From a bacterium (GTDB lineage: Bacteria; UBP7; UBA6624; JBBIMK01): a stretch of 32,000 nt of DNA. The notes below the pieces were generated by a model, which worked only from the letters and a program-made list of their open reading frames with translations, had not been told where the DNA came from and searched no databases. Positions 1 through 7,734 of the stretch are shown piece by piece. The DNA lies in contig JBBIMK010000002.1 of the NCBI GenBank assembly GCA_037444445.1, forward strand, positions 60,001 through 92,000, read 5' to 3'. Every line of letters begins with the position of its first letter. Within the stretch, counting starts at the first letter, position 1. The translations under genes were made by a program, and so were the position numbers.

Positions 1-2315
1 TAGGGTTTATCAATCAAGAGCGGGCTTACCAGGCCCTCACCCTCGGCGTCCGAATGCCAGAGGGAGGTTACAATATTTTTGTTTCCGGGCCACCGGAAAC
101 GGGCAGAAGAACCATGGTTCAGGCTTACCTGGAGGAGATAGCCGCTCGGGAATCCACTCCCCCCGATTTGTGTTATGTGTATAATTTTGAAGACCCGAAT
201 AAACCAAAAGCCATTAGCCTTCCCGCTGGCAAAGGAACTCTCCTGGCAAAGGATATGGAGAGCCTGGTGCGAGACTTAAAAACAAAATTGCCGGAAACCC
301 TCCAGAGCAAAGATTATGAAGGACGCTTGACACCCATTTTGAAGAAAAGTCAGGAGGAGCAGGAAAGTTTGTTTGAACAGTTGAAACAACGAGCGCTGAA
401 AAGAGGATTGATGATTCAGAGCACCAAAACCGGAATGGAAGTGATCCCCTTACTGGAAAATCGTCCCATCAGTCAAGAGGAGTTTGAGCAACTGCCCGAT
501 GAAAAAAGGAAGGAAATTTTAGAGAATCAAGAAGAGATAGAGGAATTGATACGCTCTTTCCTCAGAAAAATTAAAGAATTGCAACAGAAAGCCAAGGAAC
601 GCATTGAAAAAGTTAATGAGGATGTGATATCCTTTATTGTTCAGCCGTTTTTTGACGATTTAATGAGCAAATATGGGGGGATTTCTGAGGTGGCGAAATA
701 TCTGGAAGAAGTCCGCACCCATATCCTGTCTCATATTCGGGATTTTCTTCCCTCATCGGAAACCCCATTGCCCTTTCCCACGCCGGAAAAATCCCTTTCT
801 GAATACTCTGTGAATGTGATAGTGGATAACGGGCATTTAATGGGTGCGCCTGTGATTTTTGAAACCAATCCCACTTATTACAATCTGTTTGGAAAGATTG
901 AAAAGAAGCCTTATCTGGGCGGTCTCTACAGCGATTTTACGATGATTCGCGCCGGAAGCCTACACCGCGCCAATGGCGGATACCTCCTGGTCTATGCCCG
1001 AGAAGTACTGATGAACCCTGGAACCTACGATTCTCTGAAACGCGCCATAAAATTCAGTCAGATAACCATAGAAGACCTGGCGGAAACCCTGGGTCTCATC
1101 CCCACCACAGGGCTCAAACCCGAACCCATTCCTCTTCGTGTGAAAGTCATTATGATTGGCTCTCCTGCTATTTATCATCTTCTCAGCACTTATGACGAGG
1201 ATTTTCATCGCACTTTCAAGGTTCGTGCCGATTTTGACTCGGTGATGGAAAATAATGAAAGATACTTGAGGAGCCTGTATCATTTTGTCATTCGGGTAAT
1301 TCGGGAAGATGGCTTGCTCCCTATGAGCGCCACCGGGGTGGCGAGACTGGCTGAACATATGGTCCGAATGAGTGGAACGAAGGACAAATTGACGGCTCGT
1401 TTCGGAGCCATACGAGATGTCATCCGCGAAGCCTCCTTCTATGCTGAGCAATGGGGAGCGAAAGTCATTACCTCGGACCATATTCAACACGCGTTAGAGC
1501 AAAGGGTTTACCGCTCCAATTTAATTGAGGAAAAAATTCTGGAGATGATTCAAAAAAATCAGATTTTACTGGATGTGCGTGGGAAGGCGGTAGGGCAGGT
1601 GAATGGACTCTCCGTCTACCAAATTGGAGATTTTTCTTTCGGTCGTCCTTCCCGTATCACCGCTCAAACCTTCGTCGGTCAATCGGGGGTCGTTGACATT
1701 GAGCGAGAGGTGGAACTCTCCGGGCCCGTTCACCAGAAAGGGGTGCTGATTTTAAGTGGATTCCTGGGTGGACGCTTTGCCCAAAACTTCCCTCTCACAC
1801 TTTCCGCCACTCTCTGCTTTGAGCAATCCTATACGGAAGTGGAGGGCGATAGCGCCTCAGCCGCTGAACTCTTTGCTCTGCTGTCCAGGCTCTCCAATAT
1901 CCCTCTCCGACAAGATATCGCCGTCACTGGCTCTATTAACCAAAATGGAGAAATTCAACCCATCGGGGGCGTCAATGAGAAAATTGAAGGCTTCTTCAAA
2001 ACCTGTAAACTCACCGGCCTCACAGGCTCTCAAGGGGTTATCATCCCCAGGCAAAATCTCCAGGATTTGATGTTAAACCAGGAAGTGATAGACGCCGTGA
2101 AAGAAGGAAAATTCCATATCTATCCGATCTCTACTGTGGAAGAAGGAATAGAAATCCTGACAGGGGTTGAAGCCGGACAGATAGACGAAAAGGGAAAATA
2201 TTCTCCTGGCACCGTCTATGGTGCTATCCAACAACAATTGAAAAAATACCGGGACAGGATGGTGGCGCTGGAAAGAAAACGCCAGAAGAAGTCCCACTCA
2301 CGAAAAAAAAATTAA
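1..2315 (+). CDS. Lon-like protease (LonC/LonB family), 5'-partial at the window edge
   Basis: The reading frame is open from position 3. GFINQERAYQALTLGVR precedes the track's Met, so the gene starts upstream of the window. The AAA-like N-domain has a degenerate P-loop, GPPETGRRT. The C-terminal Lon proteolytic domain carries the Ser-Lys dyad context VEGDSASAAE ... GGVNEKIEGFF. Confidence 0.85.
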   Translation, partial: GFINQERAYQALTLGVRMPEGGYNIFVSGPPETGRRTMVQAYLEEIAARESTPPDLCYVYNFEDPNKPKAISLPAGKGTLLAKDMESLVRDLKTKLPETLQSKDYEGRLTPILKKSQEEQESLFEQLKQRALKRGLMIQSTKTGMEVIPLLENRPISQEEFEQLPDEKRKEILENQEEIEELIRSFLRKIKELQQKAKERIEKVNEDVISFIVQPFFDDLMSKYGGISEVAKYLEEVRTHILSHIRDFLPSSETPLPFPTPEKSLSEYSVNVIVDNGHLMGAPVIFETNPTYYNLFGKIEKKPYLGGLYSDFTMIRAGSLHRANGGYLLVYAREVLMNPGTYDSLKRAIKFSQITIEDLAETLGLIPTTGLKPEPIPLRVKVIMIGSPAIYHLLSTYDEDFHRTFKVRADFDSVMENNERYLRSLYHFVIRVIREDGLLPMSATGVARLAEHMVRMSGTKDKLTARFGAIRDVIREASFYAEQWGAKVITSDHIQHALEQRVYRSNLIEEKILEMIQKNQILLDVRGKAVGQVNGLSVYQIGDFSFGRPSRITAQTFVGQSGVVDIEREVELSGPVHQKGVLILSGFLGGRFAQNFPLTLSATLCFEQSYTEVEGDSASAAELFALLSRLSNIPLRQDIAVTGSINQNGEIQPIGGVNEKIEGFFKTCKLTGLTGSQGVIIPRQNLQDLMLNQEVIDAVKEGKFHIYPISTVEEGIEILTGVEAGQIDEKGKYSPGTVYGAIQQQLKKYRDRMVALERKRQKKSHSRKKN

Positions 2316-2316
2316 G

Positions 2317-2325
2317 TGATATAAT
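2317..2325 (+). promoter_or_regulatory. Candidate extended -10 promoter (TGATATAAT) for the diheme cytochrome gene
   Basis: TGATATAAT matches the TGnTATAAT consensus exactly. It ends 9 nt before the ATG at 2335. The same 12-mer AAGTGATATAAT recurs at 20865-20876. Confidence 0.4.
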
Positions 2326-2334
2326 GATGGGGAG

Positions 2335-3102
2335 ATGATGAAAGAGATGAAGATGAGAAAATGGATGTTCACCTCCATTGGGGTGGCTGTTCTGTTTGCA
2401 GGAATTTCTTCCTTTCTTCAGGCTGCTTCGGATGGAGCAGGAAAGAAAACTTACGATACTTACTGTAAAATCTGCCACGGTGAAAAGGGGCTCGGAGATG
2501 GAACCGCTGGCAAAGCCCTGAAACCCACTCCCTTTGATTTCACGGACCGAGAGAGCATGCGAAGGTTCTCGGATGATTATCTAAAAATGGTAATTACCAG
2601 AGGGAAAAAAGAGGCGCTGGTAAAACCCGGGAAAGGATATTCTCCCCTCATCATGCCCGGTTTTGAGAAAGAATTATCAAAGGCTCAGGTCAAATCCCTG
2701 ATAAAAATGGTCCGAGCGATTCAGAAAGATAAGCCTGTAAACCTGGCAAAGGACGAAAAATTTCAGAGCCAATTCCAGACAGAATACCAACTTTACATAA
2801 AGAAATGTGCCCGCTGCCACGGCGATAACGCAGAAGGAAATGGTCCGGACACTCAAACCAAAGAAAAACAACCACCGTTTATGCCCCTCCCTCCAGACTG
2901 GCGGAATGACCAGCGGATGAAAAGATATACGGACGACATCCTGGAAGAACTCATAGAAAAAGGAATCACAGAGGCTATGAAAAAAGGGTATTTCACCATG
3001 GTTGGATTCGGTGCCTCCGTGAAAGAATCTGACCTACCTGCTCTCATCGCCTACCTCCGAAGTTTTTCTGCCCCTCCACCCTCAGCCGCAAAGGGAAAGT
3101 AG
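2335..3102 (+). CDS. Secreted diheme c-type cytochrome (two class-I-like domains)
   Basis: N-terminal signal peptide (MRKWMFTSIGVAVLFAGISSFLQA). Two CxxCH motifs, CKICH and CARCH, each followed about 60-80 aa later by a Met-containing stretch (PLIMPGF, YFTMVGF). The exact start among ATGs 2335, 2338, 2347 and 2353 is uncertain. Confidence 0.85.
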   Translation: MMKEMKMRKWMFTSIGVAVLFAGISSFLQAASDGAGKKTYDTYCKICHGEKGLGDGTAGKALKPTPFDFTDRESMRRFSDDYLKMVITRGKKEALVKPGKGYSPLIMPGFEKELSKAQVKSLIKMVRAIQKDKPVNLAKDEKFQSQFQTEYQLYIKKCARCHGDNAEGNGPDTQTKEKQPPFMPLPPDWRNDQRMKRYTDDILEELIEKGITEAMKKGYFTMVGFGASVKESDLPALIAYLRSFSAPPPSAAKGK

Positions 3103-3124
3103 CCTGATGCTTCCGAGATAATCC

Positions 3125-4834
3125 TTATTGATTTTCGCCGGAAGGATGACAGGTCGCACACATCTCGTTTAATATATCGGCAGGCAATTTTTTTCCGGGT
3201 TCGTGGCAAGTAGCACACTCTACACCTGCATCAAAATGCTGAGAATGAGAAAACTGCTTTTCAAGAAACGAGATGGACTTTTCCGGTCCCTTTCCATGGC
3301 AATCAGTGCAGTTGAGTTTTGCCTTCTGATGGTGACAGGAATTGCATTGAGGGCGAGTCACTACTTTTTTCTTGCCCGGTTTGTGGGGTTCACCATGACA
3401 TTCTGTGCATTTCAATTTTGCTTGAATCACATGACGAGCGTGGGGATATTCCAGGCTATCAAAGGTTTTCACTGTAACATTCTCGGCACCGATGTGACAG
3501 ATAAGACACTCCACAGTGTAAGGCACTTCTGGCCAGATGGGCGGGCGTTCCGGCAGTCCTGCCTCTCGTAGCGCCTGATTCATCCAGGCCTGGGATGCTG
3601 TCAGAATGGCTTTGGTATACCCGATGTTGTGAGTGCCTTTTGCCTCCCGAATGAGTAAAAGATTGTGCCGAACTTGTTCAAGAATCCGTTGAACATTTTT
3701 CCTGGGAGAGGAAGAGAGGATATTTCGGACGGTTTCAAATTCTGCATTGGCGGCACTCAGGTTTTTCTCCACCAGCATCTTCCAGCCCTGGAATACCGGG
3801 CGAATGTCTTCACCATGGCATTTGACGCAGGATTCGGGACTGGCTTTATAAGTTTCACCCACTGGAATTGTATGGCAGGCTTTGCAATCCACCTGGGCGA
3901 GGAACATGGGGTCGGGCTTGCTCTCCACCCCCATTGCCCCCAGCCCTCTATAGAATTGTTTCACGAGAGTATGCTTGTCCTGGTGACAACTGGAACATTC
4001 TTCTGGAAGTACCTCCAGCGCTGCCTGTCGGGAATGAAGGATCTCCGTGTGGCAATTTAAGCATTCTATCTTGGTCTCCGTCACATGCTTCATATGAAGG
4101 TAGATATGGTCATCAATCCGCTCCAGTCTTTCAGGCTCATTATGACAGGACAGGCATCGCTCCTTTGGAACCGTTCCATCCCCCACCACAACTTTGGCGT
4201 GGCAGTGGAGGCAATCCAGGTGCTTTTCTACCGCATCTTTGTGATTAAAATAAGGCGTTTGAATCCGCATCCCTTCAGATTCCGGCGCATGGCAGAGATT
4301 GCAGTTTGCCGTTTTTTCCCCCAGTTCCACTTCCTTAAAATGACAAAGATAACAGGTGGTTGGAGTGACACTTACATGAGTTCCCTGGACAATCTGGGAA
4401 TGACAGGAGGTGCATCGGAGGACTTTCCCTCTGCGCATCTGGGTGAGATGAGGTTTATGGTCAAAGACCACCCCACTAAAGTTCACCTTTCCTTCCAGAA
4501 TTCGGGTTTCATGGCAACCGGAACGCAGGCAGGAAGCATTTTCCACCTGGGCCCAGGGCAGAGGCCCTGCCGTTCCTGTAAAATACTGCACCATCATAGA
4601 TAACCCCTGAAATTTCGCTGAAATTTCATTCCGCACTCCTGGCGTATAATGACAATCGGTGCAGGGAATCTTACTGTGGGAAGAGGTCCTCCAGGAAGTT
4701 ACATAAGGTTTCATAATATGGCAGGACCCGCAGAAGGAAGGCAAGGAGGTAACATACACCAGTCCTGAGAAAAGTATAAAGATCGTTGCGAAAATTAGTC
4801 CCGCAAGGACGACGCCCCGCTTCAGACGCTTCAT
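3125..4834 (-). CDS. Membrane-anchored multiheme cytochrome c with 18 heme-binding motifs and an NrfH/NapC/NirT-type N-terminus
   Basis: One N-terminal TM helix is followed by CGSCHIM ... SSH ... CTDCH, the NapC/NirT/NrfH signature including CXXCHXM. I count 17 CxxCH plus one CX4CH (CLRSGCH) in 569 aa. SD AGAGGTG lies upstream of the ATG. Confidence 0.9.
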   Translation of the reverse strand: MKRLKRGVVLAGLIFATIFILFSGLVYVTSLPSFCGSCHIMKPYVTSWRTSSHSKIPCTDCHYTPGVRNEISAKFQGLSMMVQYFTGTAGPLPWAQVENASCLRSGCHETRILEGKVNFSGVVFDHKPHLTQMRRGKVLRCTSCHSQIVQGTHVSVTPTTCYLCHFKEVELGEKTANCNLCHAPESEGMRIQTPYFNHKDAVEKHLDCLHCHAKVVVGDGTVPKERCLSCHNEPERLERIDDHIYLHMKHVTETKIECLNCHTEILHSRQAALEVLPEECSSCHQDKHTLVKQFYRGLGAMGVESKPDPMFLAQVDCKACHTIPVGETYKASPESCVKCHGEDIRPVFQGWKMLVEKNLSAANAEFETVRNILSSSPRKNVQRILEQVRHNLLLIREAKGTHNIGYTKAILTASQAWMNQALREAGLPERPPIWPEVPYTVECLICHIGAENVTVKTFDSLEYPHARHVIQAKLKCTECHGEPHKPGKKKVVTRPQCNSCHHQKAKLNCTDCHGKGPEKSISFLEKQFSHSQHFDAGVECATCHEPGKKLPADILNEMCATCHPSGENQ

Positions 4835-4904
4835 ATCAACACCTCTATCTCACCTTCTGAAGAAAAAACACTTTTCATAATTCACTTCCAATCCTGTCAT
4901 CGTT

Positions 4905-4910
4905 ATCATA
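4905..4910 (-). promoter_or_regulatory. Candidate -10 hexamer (TATGAT on the minus strand) for the 18-heme cytochrome gene
   Basis: The reverse complement of ATCATA is TATGAT, 5/6 to TATAAT. It implies a TSS near 4898, about 64 nt upstream of the ATG at 4834. Confidence 0.3.
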
Positions 4911-4932
4911 CATCCCTTCAAATAGATAAAAG

Positions 4933-4946
4933 TTGATAAATATCAG
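4933..4946. promoter_or_regulatory. FNR/CRP-family-type inverted repeat TTGAT-N4-ATCAG
   Basis: TTGATAAATATCAG matches 9/10 of the TTGAT-N4-ATCAA consensus. It lies in the divergent intergenic region between the two multiheme cytochrome transcription units. Its centre falls at -41.5 relative to the TSS implied by the minus-strand TATGAT box. Confidence 0.4.
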
Positions 4947-4993
4947 GGAAAAAGGAAATAAAAATCATAATTCTGTTTTTTTGAAAGTGTTAG

Positions 4994-4999
4994 TATAAT
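4994..4999 (+). promoter_or_regulatory. Candidate -10 hexamer TATAAT for the pentaheme/Rieske/cyt b operon
   Basis: A perfect TATAAT in the AT-rich divergent region. The -35 at 17-nt spacing (TTCTGT) is weak. Confidence 0.3.
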
Positions 5000-5061
5000 A
5001 ACGATGAGTGTGCCTGCGACAAAGGATTAGTATCGGTAAAGTTTGAATGGGAGGGGAGGAA

Positions 5062-6252
5062 ATGAACCGGGCGAAAGGAGAAAAATTTTTATTCACCACA
5101 TGGCTTTCCGGGAAAAATGGAAAGATATGGTGCGGGGCTTTCCTCTTCACTATTTCATTGCTGATAGCGGCAGAACGCACCAAAAGTTCTTTGCAGAGTA
5201 GTAAGGAATGCGGAAAATGCCACCGAGACATTTATGAAGTATGGAAAGAATCTCTGCATGCCCTCTCTCACTCGGACCCAATTTATCAAGCATCTTATCA
5301 AAAAACCTATACGAATACGAAAGGTGAAGCCCGCAAAATCTGCAACCCCTGCCATGCCCCTGCTTCTCTCGTCAACAGCGATTATGATGTAGAACTTCCC
5401 CTCACTCAAGAAGGTATCCTTTGCGACTTCTGCCATTCCGTGAAAAGCATAGAGTTGAAAAAAGGGCTAAACCGAATCACCCTGGACCTCGGTGACACGA
5501 AACGAGGTCCTATCTCTTTTCCCAAACAGTATGGGTCATTACGGAAATATCCTCACGGTGTAGAGTATTCTCCTCTTTTCACAGATGCACTATTTTGCGC
5601 TTCCTGCCATGAGTTCGTGAACGATGCAGGCGTGAAAGTCCTCAGCACTTATTCTGAGTGGAAAGACTCTCCTTATGTGAAAAAGGGCATCACCTGTCAG
5701 AAGTGCCATATGCCTCTGATTGAAGGGAAAATCGTTATCACTGCTGAAGAGCGTGTCGGCAAGGTGAACCTCCACAAAATCTCGGGTGGAAGTTCACTGG
5801 AACAATTACAAAAGGCCGTGCAGGTTGAGATTACAGATACCCGGTGGGAGAAAGAGGGGCTCTGGATAGGCGTGACGGTCACCAATGTAGGAGCAGGGCA
5901 TAAAGTTCCCACCGGTCTTCCCCTGAAGAAATTGACCCTGAAGGTTCGCGTCACACTCCCGGGTGAAGTCGCAAGAGAGCAGGAAAGAGCCTACTCTCTA
6001 TCTTTTACTGATTTGAGTGGCAAGCCTGTGGAGGATATTGGAAAATTGATGGACCCTACCTCCAGCGTGTCTCTGGCTGGCGATAATCGCATCTCTCCGG
6101 AAGAAACGCGGGAAGAGATTTTTCTCTTCCCTGTGCCCGAAAAAAGGGGGGTGAAAGTGGAAGCCTTCATTCAATATGAATTTAATGTTATGCTGTTGGA
6201 GCCCCGATATATACGCATAAAAATTGCCGAGACTTCTGCGGAGGTAAAGTGA
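5062..6252 (+). CDS. Pentaheme c-type cytochrome with a non-heme C-terminal domain
   Basis: Five CxxCH motifs (CGKCH, CNPCH, CDFCH, CASCH, CQKCH) sit in the first ~230 aa after a hydrophobic anchor or signal. The C-terminal ~150 aa has no heme motif and contains NVGAGHKVPTGLP. I prefer the start at 5062 (GGGAGG 7 nt upstream); the track start at 5047 is the alternative. Confidence 0.85.
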   Translation: MNRAKGEKFLFTTWLSGKNGKIWCGAFLFTISLLIAAERTKSSLQSSKECGKCHRDIYEVWKESLHALSHSDPIYQASYQKTYTNTKGEARKICNPCHAPASLVNSDYDVELPLTQEGILCDFCHSVKSIELKKGLNRITLDLGDTKRGPISFPKQYGSLRKYPHGVEYSPLFTDALFCASCHEFVNDAGVKVLSTYSEWKDSPYVKKGITCQKCHMPLIEGKIVITAEERVGKVNLHKISGGSSLEQLQKAVQVEITDTRWEKEGLWIGVTVTNVGAGHKVPTGLPLKKLTLKVRVTLPGEVAREQERAYSLSFTDLSGKPVEDIGKLMDPTSSVSLAGDNRISPEETREEIFLFPVPEKRGVKVEAFIQYEFNVMLLEPRYIRIKIAETSAEVK

Positions 6253-6253
6253 G

Positions 6254-6667
6254 ATGAAAGAAACGCGTCGCCATTTCCTCGCCTGGCTCGTTCGCATCAC
6301 TGGATTGGCAACCCTTGCAGGCTTCCTTTATCCTTTCATTCTTTACTTAAAGCCTTTGTCCTCCAGCATCTCGGCACAAACTGTAGAAATCCCCCTGGAG
6401 GAAGTCCCTCCGGGTGAAGCAAAAATTGTGTCATACAGGGGAAATCCGACCATTGTGGTTCACGCCAAAGAAGGAATGGTAGCCCTTTCGGCAGTGTGCA
6501 CTCATCTGGGGTGTCTGGTTCGCTGGGAAAAAGCCAGGGGAGAATTATTTTGCCCCTGCCATGCCGGGCGGTTTGATTTGACCGGTAAGGTTCTTGGAGG
6601 GCCCCCACCCAGGCCTCTACCGAAAGTTCCGGTAAAAGTTGTCGGTTCCTCCATCATTCTGGGATGA
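6254..6667 (+). CDS. Rieske [2Fe-2S] iron-sulfur subunit of a cytochrome bc-type complex
   Basis: Twin-arginine-like N-terminus (TRRHFLAWL) plus a TM helix. Both Rieske boxes are present: CTHLGC and CPCHAGRF. The start is 1 nt after the preceding stop, with SD GGAGGT. Confidence 0.9.
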   Translation: MKETRRHFLAWLVRITGLATLAGFLYPFILYLKPLSSSISAQTVEIPLEEVPPGEAKIVSYRGNPTIVVHAKEGMVALSAVCTHLGCLVRWEKARGELFCPCHAGRFDLTGKVLGGPPPRPLPKVPVKVVGSSIILG

Positions 6668-7731
6668 AGATTTCCCTGCGTCACAAGCTGTTTCACTGGT
6701 TTGATGAGCGGGTAGGGTGGGGTGAAATTGCCAAAAAACATCTCCACGGATATCTTCTGCCAGAAAATATCAATGCCTGGTATTCCATGGGGTCAATCCT
6801 GTTAGCCCTTTTCGGGCTTCAGGTGCTCACCGGTGTGCTTCTGATGATATATTACCGTCCCACTACAGAAGACGCCTTTTCCAGCATTCGGTCGATTATG
6901 ACGGAAGTCCCCTACGGATGGCTCATTCGGAGCATCCATGCCGCCGGCGCCAATGTGATGATTTTCATTCTCTTCCTCCACATGCTGAGCACTCTTTTTA
7001 TGGGGTCTTACAAAAAACCTCGTGAATTAAACTGGGTTACCGGGTGTGTGCTTTTCGCTTTCACTCTGGGACTTGCCCTTTCCGGGTATCTCCTTCCCTG
7101 GAGTCAACTTTCCTACTGGGCAACCACGGTAGCCACGAATACGGTTACTACCATTCCGCGATGGGGAGACACACTCCTGCTATGGGTTCGCGGGAGCGCC
7201 CAGGTCTCCCAGGCAACGCTCGGGCGCTTCTTCGCCCTTCATGTGGCAGTCCTTCCACTCCTCGTTATCCTGTTCATCCTTCTACATCTTTTCTTCGTTC
7301 GCTCCACCGGTATCTCCACTCCTCCTACCCTCGCAACCCAACCCAGAAAAATCATCCCATTTTACCCGGATTACCTACTGGAAGACCTGAAAATGATTTA
7401 TCTGGCTCTGGCTCTGGTGGCATTCCTGGTGTTTTTCTACCCCGGCTTCGTCTTTCCAGAAGATTCGCTCATCCCGGCAGACCCATTCAGCACCCCGGAG
7501 CATATCAAACCGGAGTGGTATTTTCTGGCAAATTATCAACTTCTCCGTCTGATTCCGAATAAAATCCTGGGTATCCTGGTGCAGGTTGTGGCAGGGCTAT
7601 TTATCGTTCTTTTACCATTTATTGACCGGAGTCCGGAGCGCCACCCTCTCCGACGCCCAGCCTTTACTCTCCTGTCTATCCTTGCCCTCCTGGGTTATAT
7701 CGGCCTCATCTATGCGGGTCTGAAAGAATAA
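6664..7731 (+). CDS. Cytochrome b (fused b6 + subunit IV type) of a Rieske/cyt b complex
   Basis: It shares an ATGA overlap with the Rieske gene. Helix B has H-x13-H (SIHAAGANVMIFILFLH) and helix D has H-x14-H (LHVAVLPLLVILFILLH). YYRPT and PEWYF motifs are present. Length is 355 aa. Confidence 0.92.
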   Translation: MKISLRHKLFHWFDERVGWGEIAKKHLHGYLLPENINAWYSMGSILLALFGLQVLTGVLLMIYYRPTTEDAFSSIRSIMTEVPYGWLIRSIHAAGANVMIFILFLHMLSTLFMGSYKKPRELNWVTGCVLFAFTLGLALSGYLLPWSQLSYWATTVATNTVTTIPRWGDTLLLWVRGSAQVSQATLGRFFALHVAVLPLLVILFILLHLFFVRSTGISTPPTLATQPRKIIPFYPDYLLEDLKMIYLALALVAFLVFFYPGFVFPEDSLIPADPFSTPEHIKPEWYFLANYQLLRLIPNKILGILVQVVAGLFIVLLPFIDRSPERHPLRRPAFTLLSILALLGYIGLIYAGLKE

Positions 7732-7734
7732 ATC

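Noticed and set aside
960-1490. A 176-aa antisense ORF inside the Lon-like gene, plus the smaller ORFs at 1756-2478 on both strands
   Set aside because: These are shadow ORFs within a gene whose plus-strand translation carries clear Lon motifs. Their translations are low-complexity or implausible, and they have no SD or start context.
1-2315. The Lon-like protease as BrxL of a BREX defence system
   Set aside because: No other BREX components (PglX methyltransferase, PglZ, BrxA/B/C) are visible downstream, where the next gene is a cytochrome. The degenerate P-loop fits LonC better. The upstream context lies outside the window, so this cannot be fully excluded.
3203-4603. Four plus-strand ORFs of 122-172 aa opposite the 18-heme cytochrome gene
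   Set aside because: The minus-strand frame encodes 18 regularly spaced heme-binding motifs. The plus-strand ORFs are antisense artefacts with no recognisable features.
7044-7562. A 172-aa alternative-frame ORF within cytochrome b
   Set aside because: It is Pro/Ser/Arg/Gly-rich nonsense in the +1 frame of a clearly identified cytochrome b.
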